DNA from: Deltaproteobacteria bacterium GWC2_42_11
Lineage (GTDB): Bacteria > Desulfobacterota > GWC2-55-46 > UBA9637 > GWC2-42-11
Direction: 5' to 3'
Assembly (NCBI GenBank): GCA_001797495.1
Contig: MGPS01000070.1
Coordinates: 15,879-79,878, forward strand
Length of the DNA stretch: 64,000 bases
The notes below the pieces were generated by a model. The model had not been told where the DNA came from. It ran no database searches and saw only the letters and a list, made by a program, of their open reading frames with translations. This document shows positions 58,073-64,000 of this stretch, piece by piece. Position 1 is the stretch's first letter; every line of letters starts with the position of its first letter. The translations under genes were made by a program, and so were the position numbers.

Positions 58073-59240
58073 GAATAAGGCAGTCCTTGCACTTGCAGAC
58101 GGCACTGTATTTGAAGGTTATTCATTCGGCGCTGAAGGTGAGTCAATAGGTGAGGTAGTTTTCAATACCTCAATGACAGGGTATCAGGAAATTTTAACTG
58201 ACCCGTCTTATAAAGGACAGATTGTTACAATGACCTATACCCAGATTGGAAATTACGGGATAAATAGTGAGGATATTGAATCAGCAAGACCATGGATTGA
58301 AGGATTTATTGTAAAGGAATTTTGCCAATATCCAAGCAACTGGCGTTCAAAAGAGACTCTGGATAGTTATCTAAAAAGGCACAATATTGTTGGGATACAC
58401 GGAATAGATACAAGGGCTTTGACAAAGCATTTAAGGGATAATGGCGCTATGAATGGGGTTATATCAACTGTTGATTTGGACCCAGAAAGACTTGTTAAAA
58501 AGGCAAAGGGATTTCCATCCATGGCAGGGCTTGACCTTGCAAAAGAGGTAACATGCAAAGAGCCATATAAATTGAAGCAGGGTTTGTGGAATATAGAAAG
58601 AGGTTACTCATCACTCAGCACTCATCACTCGCCACTCTATAAGGTGGTTGCATATGACTTTGGCATAAAATACAACATCCTCCGAAACCTTGTTAATGTC
58701 GGGTGTGATGTTACAGTTGTGCCTGCATGGACATCTGCTGATGATGTTTTGAAGATGAACCCGGACGGCGTATTCCTTTCAAATGGCCCCGGCGACCCTG
58801 ATGCAGTTAAATACGCAATTGAGAATGTGAGAAAACTCATTGGCAAAAAACCAATATTTGGAATCTGTCTCGGACATCAGATACTTGGGCTTGCTCTTGG
58901 CGGAAAGACATATAAACTAAAATTCGGTCATCGCGGGGGCAATCAGCCTGTTATGGATTTAACAACAAGAAAGGTTGAGATTACATCCCAGAATCACGGC
59001 TTTGCAGTTGATGTTAATTCTTTAAAAGGCATTGCTGAACTTACACATATAAACCTAAATGACAAAACAGTTGAAGGGCTTGCACACAAAAAACTACCGC
59101 TATTTTCTGTCCAGTATCATCCAGAGGCATCGCCAGGTCCGCATGATGCAAGTTATCTTTTCAAAAGGTTTGTGGATTTGATGGAGGGTAAATGGTCATT
59201 GAATTTAAGCCTTTCAATGCAGGCTTTGAAGAATGCTTAA
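58062..59240 (+). CDS. carA: Carbamoyl-phosphate synthase small subunit
   Basis: Class I GATase triad region (GICLGHQ). It contains an in-frame CTCATCACTCAGCACTCATCAC repeat. Confidence 0.85.
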   Translation: MRDRNKAVLALADGTVFEGYSFGAEGESIGEVVFNTSMTGYQEILTDPSYKGQIVTMTYTQIGNYGINSEDIESARPWIEGFIVKEFCQYPSNWRSKETLDSYLKRHNIVGIHGIDTRALTKHLRDNGAMNGVISTVDLDPERLVKKAKGFPSMAGLDLAKEVTCKEPYKLKQGLWNIERGYSSLSTHHSPLYKVVAYDFGIKYNILRNLVNVGCDVTVVPAWTSADDVLKMNPDGVFLSNGPGDPDAVKYAIENVRKLIGKKPIFGICLGHQILGLALGGKTYKLKFGHRGGNQPVMDLTTRKVEITSQNHGFAVDVNSLKGIAELTHINLNDKTVEGLAHKKLPLFSVQYHPEASPGPHDASYLFKRFVDLMEGKWSLNLSLSMQALKNA

Positions 59241-59845
59241 AAGAGTTTAAAGACTATTTTATAAATGAGACATTTGCCGAAGAGATAAAACTTGCAAAAG
59301 AAGAATTTACAAATTCTGGCATAGATTTAAATGAGGGTGAGAATTATGAGGAAAGGCTTAGTATATTTTTTGACTGGTATCTGTTTGACAGACCATTGTC
59401 AGATACAAATCTAACCCCTGTCAGATATTTTGTTGAAACCCTTTCAAACAAAGGAGATATATACGATGGATTTTCAAAAACCATACAAAGCATATTTGTT
59501 ATAAAGCGGAGGGGTATTGGATATGTAAAGGTAAAGGATATGTTTACAAGAAAAAAATATATAGTGAATGGCGATAATCTTATAGGTTTTGAAAAGAGGG
59601 ATATAATGGAGGCAAGGCTTATCCCGTTTGAGAGGTCTTACAGATTTTCAGAGACATTCTGTTTTTATCCTGATGATATAAAGACTATGCTGAAAAAAGA
59701 GATAAAAGAGGCAAAAAAACAGGAAGAGGCAGACTTTTATCCTGTTTTATTAAAGTTTAGAAGATTAAAAACCATGTCAGAGAGATTTACAAGGATGGAT
59801 ATAAAAAAGGTTTATACCTTAATGGAGGAAGGATTGCTTGCCTAA
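59192..59845 (+). CDS. Hypothetical protein encoded between carA and carB
   Basis: A 217-aa ORF with no recognisable domain. It overlaps the carA 3' end by ~49 nt and its stop overlaps the carB start. Confidence 0.35.
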   Translation: MVIEFKPFNAGFEECLKEFKDYFINETFAEEIKLAKEEFTNSGIDLNEGENYEERLSIFFDWYLFDRPLSDTNLTPVRYFVETLSNKGDIYDGFSKTIQSIFVIKRRGIGYVKVKDMFTRKKYIVNGDNLIGFEKRDIMEARLIPFERSYRFSETFCFYPDDIKTMLKKEIKEAKKQEEADFYPVLLKFRRLKTMSERFTRMDIKKVYTLMEEGLLA

Positions 59846-62800
59846 ACGAACTGACATAAAAAAAATACTCATCATCGGCGCGGGACCTATTGTCATAGGC
59901 CAGGCATGCGAGTTTGACTATTCAGGCACGCAGGCGTGCAAGGCTCTAAAAGAAGAGGGTTATAAGGTCATCCTCATCAACTCAAACCCTGCGACCATTA
60001 TGACTGACCCGGAGATTGCTGACAGGACATATATTGAGCCGATTACGCCTGAAATAGTTGAAAAAATCATTGAGAAGGAAAGACCTGATGCAATCCTTCC
60101 GACTATGGGCGGACAGACCGCGCTCAATACAGCGGTGGCTCTGGCGGAATCCGGCGTTTTGGAAAAATATCATGTTGAGCTCATCGGCGCTAAACTCCAT
60201 GCAATAAAAAAGGCAGAAGACAGGGAACTCTTTAAAGAGGCAATGGAAAGGATTGGTCTTGAGGTGCCAAGAAGCGGTTATGCAAAGACCCTGACAGATG
60301 CAATGAGTATAATGGAGACCATGGATTATCCTGCAATCATAAGGCCATCTTTTACACTCGGCGGCACAGGCGGCGGTATCGCATATAACAGCGAGGAATT
60401 TAAGGACATGGTTCAGTATGGACTGGATGCAAGCCCGTATAGCGAAATCCTCATTGAAGAATCTGTAATAGGCTGGAAGGAATATGAACTGGAGGTTATG
60501 AGGGATGGTAAGGACAATGTTGTTATTATCTGTTCAATAGAGAATTTTGACCCTATGGGAGTCCATACAGGGGATTCCATAACTGTTGCGCCTGCCCAGA
60601 CATTAACAGATAAGGAATATCAGATAATGAGGGATGCGGCACTCAAGATTATAAGGGAAATCGGTGTTGATACAGGAGGCTCAAACATCCAATTTTCTGT
60701 TAATCCTCAAAATGGGAAGATGCATGTGATTGAGATGAACCCCAGGGTTTCCCGCTCATCTGCACTTGCAAGCAAGGCAACCGGTTTTCCTATTGCAAAG
60801 ATTGCCGCAAAACTTGCGGTAGGATATACGCTTGATGAGATTCCCAATGACATAACAAAAAAGACACCTGCCTCATTTGAGCCGACAATTGACTATGTGG
60901 TCACAAAGGTTCCGAGGTTTACATTTGAAAAATTTCCTGAGGCGGATGCTATACTCACAACACAGATGAAGTCTGTGGGAGAGGTAATGGCAATAGGAAG
61001 GACATTTAAAGAGTCTTTACAGAAGGCACTCAGGTCGCTTGAGATAGGGAGTTATGGGTTTGAAGAAAGGGTTCAAGGGGTCGGGGGTTCAAGGGTTAAG
61101 GAAGAGATTACTGAAAAACTCAGGACACCTAATTGGGAGAGGCTTTGGTATATTGCAGATGCCTTCAGAGCAGGCATGACTGTTGATGAGATATTTGATT
61201 TATCAAAGGTTGACAGGTGGTTTCTGAATAATATAAGGGAGATTGTGGAGTTTGAGAGTGAGTTAGAGAGTTTAGGAGTAAAAGAAAAGACAGTTAAGGA
61301 GTCAACTCCTCAACTCCTCAACTCATTACGGCAGGCAAAAGAACTTGGATTTTCTGACAAACGGATAGCACAGTTATCAGGTAAAACCGAAGCAGAAATA
61401 AGAGAGGCGAGAAAACAGGCAGGGGTTGAGCCTGTATATAAGACAGTTGATACATGCGGCGCAGAGTTTGAGGCATATACACCGTATCTGTATTCTGCAT
61501 ATGAAAAACCATTTTATAGCATAGAGCATGGAGCAGAGAGCAAAGAGCAAAAGAAATATCCCTATGCCCTATGCCCTATGCCCTATGCGCTTACTGTTGC
61601 TTGTGAATCCAACCCCACCACCCGCAAAAAAGTCATAATCCTCGGCAGTGGTCCCAATAGAATCGGTCAGGGCATTGAGTTTGATTACTGCTGTGTCCAT
61701 GCAGCATTTGCATTAAAGGAAGATGGCATCGAGACCATAATGGTAAACTGCAATCCTGAGACAGTATCAACTGATTATGACACTTCTGACAGGCTCTATT
61801 TCGAACCCCTCACATTTGAAGATGTTATGAACATAATTGAAAAGGAGAAACCTTTTGGCGTTATTGTCCAGTTCGGCGGGCAGACGCCTTTAAAACTTGC
61901 AGTGTCTCTGGAAAAGGCTGGAGTAAAAATCCTCGGCACATCGCCTGATTCCATTGATATCGCAGAAGACAGGGAAAGGTTTGACAAACTCCTCACAAAA
62001 CTAAATCTAAAAAGACCTGAAAGCGGCATTGCCCGTTCAATTGATGAGGCAATAAAGGTTGCAAATAAAATTGGGTATCCTGTTATGGTAAGACCTTCCT
62101 ATGTACTCGGCGGAAGGGCGATGGAGATAGTCTATACAGAGGAGAGTTTAAAGGACTACATGAAAAGGGCTGTTGAGGCATCCCCTGAACACCCTGTCCT
62201 GATTGATAAATTTTTAAACAATGCAACAGAGGTGGATGTTGACTGCGTTTCTGATGGTAAGGATATTGTTATTGGTGGTATTATGGAGCATATTGAAGAG
62301 GCAGGCATACATTCAGGTGATTCGGCATGCTCAATACCGCCGTATTCTCTTGATTTAAATATCATTGATGAGATAAGAAGGCAGACAATTTTGCTTGCAA
62401 AAGAATTAAATGTAATAGGACTAATGAATGTCCAGTTTGCAGTGAAAAAAAATCCCCCCATCCCCCCCTTTGAAAAAGGGGAGATTGAGGGGGGATTAAA
62501 CAAGGGGCAAGGGTCAGAAATATATGTTCTTGAGGTTAACCCAAGGGCATCAAGGACTGTTCCATTTGTAAGCAAGGCAATAGGAAAACCCCTTGCAAAG
62601 ATTGCTGCAAAGGTTATGGCAGGTAAGACCCTTAAGGAATTAGATTTCACAAAAGAGATTGTGCCAGGGCATATTTCTGTAAAGGAATCTGTCTTTCCAT
62701 TTATAAAATTTCCGGGTGTTGATACGATCCTTGGTCCTGAGATGAAGTCAACAGGAGAGGTAATGGGCATAGATAAAGATTTCGGCAGGGCATTTGCAAA

Positions 62801-63266
62801 GGCACAGATTGCAGCAGGGACAAAACTGCCACCCCCACCTTTATCCTCCCCCTTAAAGGGGGAGGGGAGGGGAGGGGGCAAGGTTTTTATAAGCGTAAAA
62901 GATGAGGATAAACAAGAGGCCATATCAGCGGCAAAACGGCTGAGGGAGATGGGCTTTGAGATAGTTGCTACAAGCGGTACAGGAAAATATTTAAAAGATA
63001 ATGGGGTTGATACAGAGTTTGTATATAAGGTTGGAGAGGGAAGGCCGCATATAGTGGATAAGATAAAAAGCGGCGATATTGCTATGGTTATAAATACTTC
63101 ATTTGGTGCAAAGGCAGTTAAGGATTCCTTTTCAATAAGAAGGTCAGCGCTTGTCTATGGTGTGCCTTATTTTACAACGATTTCAGGCGCAAAGGCAGCA
63201 AGCCTTGGTATAGAGGCACTCATAAAAGAGGGCATGGGAGTAAAGCCGCTGCAGGAATACAATTAA
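59838..63266 (+). CDS. carB: Carbamoyl-phosphate synthase large subunit (with several short in-frame insertions)
   Basis: Two ATP-grasp halves and an MGS-like domain are present. It is collinear with E. coli CarB except for insertions at 61559-61586, 62446-62515 and 62844-62865. Confidence 0.9.
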   Translation: MPKRTDIKKILIIGAGPIVIGQACEFDYSGTQACKALKEEGYKVILINSNPATIMTDPEIADRTYIEPITPEIVEKIIEKERPDAILPTMGGQTALNTAVALAESGVLEKYHVELIGAKLHAIKKAEDRELFKEAMERIGLEVPRSGYAKTLTDAMSIMETMDYPAIIRPSFTLGGTGGGIAYNSEEFKDMVQYGLDASPYSEILIEESVIGWKEYELEVMRDGKDNVVIICSIENFDPMGVHTGDSITVAPAQTLTDKEYQIMRDAALKIIREIGVDTGGSNIQFSVNPQNGKMHVIEMNPRVSRSSALASKATGFPIAKIAAKLAVGYTLDEIPNDITKKTPASFEPTIDYVVTKVPRFTFEKFPEADAILTTQMKSVGEVMAIGRTFKESLQKALRSLEIGSYGFEERVQGVGGSRVKEEITEKLRTPNWERLWYIADAFRAGMTVDEIFDLSKVDRWFLNNIREIVEFESELESLGVKEKTVKESTPQLLNSLRQAKELGFSDKRIAQLSGKTEAEIREARKQAGVEPVYKTVDTCGAEFEAYTPYLYSAYEKPFYSIEHGAESKEQKKYPYALCPMPYALTVACESNPTTRKKVIILGSGPNRIGQGIEFDYCCVHAAFALKEDGIETIMVNCNPETVSTDYDTSDRLYFEPLTFEDVMNIIEKEKPFGVIVQFGGQTPLKLAVSLEKAGVKILGTSPDSIDIAEDRERFDKLLTKLNLKRPESGIARSIDEAIKVANKIGYPVMVRPSYVLGGRAMEIVYTEESLKDYMKRAVEASPEHPVLIDKFLNNATEVDVDCVSDGKDIVIGGIMEHIEEAGIHSGDSACSIPPYSLDLNIIDEIRRQTILLAKELNVIGLMNVQFAVKKNPPIPPFEKGEIEGGLNKGQGSEIYVLEVNPRASRTVPFVSKAIGKPLAKIAAKVMAGKTLKELDFTKEIVPGHISVKESVFPFIKFPGVDTILGPEMKSTGEVMGIDKDFGRAFAKAQIAAGTKLPPPPLSSPLKGEGRGGGKVFISVKDEDKQEAISAAKRLREMGFEIVATSGTGKYLKDNGVDTEFVYKVGEGRPHIVDKIKSGDIAMVINTSFGAKAVKDSFSIRRSALVYGVPYFTTISGAKAASLGIEALIKEGMGVKPLQEYN

Positions 63267-63390
63267 GTTCGTAAAGTTAATAATGTTAAAAGTTATTAAA
63301 ACTTTCTGCGGGAGCAGGTTTGTAACCTGCTCCTCTATGGGTTCAGGTTGCAAACCTGAACCCGCATTAGAACCTGAACCCGCATTAGGT

Positions 63391-63425
63391 CAAGGGTCAT
63401 GAGAGAACTTGCCCCTTGTTTTTGG
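63391..63425 (+). terminator. Rho-independent terminator after carB, preceded by two perfect stem-loops
   Basis: caaggg...cccttg stem followed by ttttt. The upstream hairpins are ggagcaggtttgtaacctgctcc and gggttcaggttgcaaacctgaaccc. Confidence 0.45.
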
Positions 63426-63452
63426 CATAGAGTTTGCTACTAAATTAAAAGC

Positions 63453-64000
63453 ATGAGGCACAAGATTTTCAAAGTTTCTCTATTTTTCATCTTTTCCCTA
63501 ATCCCTATTACCTATCACCTATCGCCCGCCTTTTCCCAAGACCGTCTTACCCTCGGCATTGTCCCGTTCCAGAGCCCCTCTAAGACAGCAGAGATGTTTA
63601 TACCTCTTGTGAATTATCTCACTGAAAAAACAGGTATAAAGATTGATTTTGCAGTTGCCAGAGACTTTAAGATATATCAGGAGAGAATGGAAAGGGGAGA
63701 ATATGACATAACATTTTCAAACCCATTTCAGTATATTGCTGCAAACAGCAGGGCAGGGTATAAGGCATTTGCAAAGGTGGCGGGAGAACCTTTTACAGGT
63801 ATAATCCTTGTCAGAAATGATTCAGGTATAAAAAGGATTGAGGACTTAAAAGGCAAGACAATTGCATTTGCATACCCAACTGCATGGGCTGCTGCTGTTC
63901 AGACAAGGAAATGGCTGGAGGATAAATACAGCATTGATTATTACAGGGATATGAAACCGCTGTTTGTTACCTCTCATGATTCTGCAATTCTGTCTGTATA
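63453..64000 (+). CDS. PhnD/SsuA-like ABC transporter substrate-binding protein, N-terminal part (runs off the window)
   Basis: A signal peptide is followed by LTLGIVPFQSP...DITFSNPFQY, as in phosphonate-binding proteins. Confidence 0.55.
   Translation, partial: MRHKIFKVSLFFIFSLIPITYHLSPAFSQDRLTLGIVPFQSPSKTAEMFIPLVNYLTEKTGIKIDFAVARDFKIYQERMERGEYDITFSNPFQYIAANSRAGYKAFAKVAGEPFTGIILVRNDSGIKRIEDLKGKTIAFAYPTAWAAAVQTRKWLEDKYSIDYYRDMKPLFVTSHDSAILSV

Noticed and set aside
62156-62923. 255-aa minus-strand ORF inside carB
   Set aside because: Antisense to a highly conserved CarB segment. The protein is low-complexity (poly-G/P from the GC palindromes).

Overview
This is a 64-kb chromosomal segment of an AT-rich bacterium that is gene-dense and mostly co-directional. 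Its codon usage and gene content look like an anaerobic, thermophile-like lineage (possibly Nitrospirota-like; this is inference only). From 5' to 3' the window holds the following:

- A Mla-type lipid transport module (mlaE-mlaF-mlaD) with a degenerate ATPase, plus a TPR lipoprotein and a 52-aa stand-alone Fis-type HTH ORF.
- A nitrogen/redox cluster: ferredoxin, hdrB-like, hdrC-like, and an archaeal-type split glutamate synthase with domains 1, 2 and 3 as separate genes. Two of these genes share a conserved ~50-nt leader motif.
- zapB-like, zapA, 6S RNA (ssrS) and 5-formyl-THF cyclo-ligase in the classical synteny, followed by rny-ymdB-tyrS, a cation antiporter and an MFS transporter.
- A minus-strand division/envelope block (ftsE-ftsX-envC-ctpA-yibQ) and nadE.
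- A large sulfur assimilation supercluster. It starts with a SAM-I riboswitch in front of a ThrC-family (MetM-like) gene, then a small sulfite reductase, tusA, a MoaD/ThiS sulfur carrier, a NIL protein, cysM, a JAMM protease (mec), an E1-like (moeB/moeZ) gene, a CX8CX2C protein, an anion permease, usp, cysC, a GAF-GGDEF protein, cysH and sat.
- A polyamine module (deoxyhypusine synthase-like, agmatinase, pyruvoyl arginine decarboxylase) followed by an unusual array of ATP-grasp, two tandem Ddl-like, GNAT, methyltransferase and rimI-like genes.
- Pyrimidine genes: pyrK-pyrD, then nucleoside salvage genes (pmbA, GNAT, pdp, deoB), trxA and a tRNA-His.
- A pyrR-pyrB-pyrC-carA-(orf)-carB operon with a PyrR attenuator, and a partial PhnD-like binding protein at the window end.

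The window is also peppered with several short dispersed repeat families. One is a 184-nt structured element, another a ~170-nt element that starts at stop codons, and a third a TAGACT palindromic family. There is also a 105-bp duplicated leader. Several short repeats are inserted in-frame inside conserved genes (speB, pyrC, carA, ddl-like, carB, pyrK).
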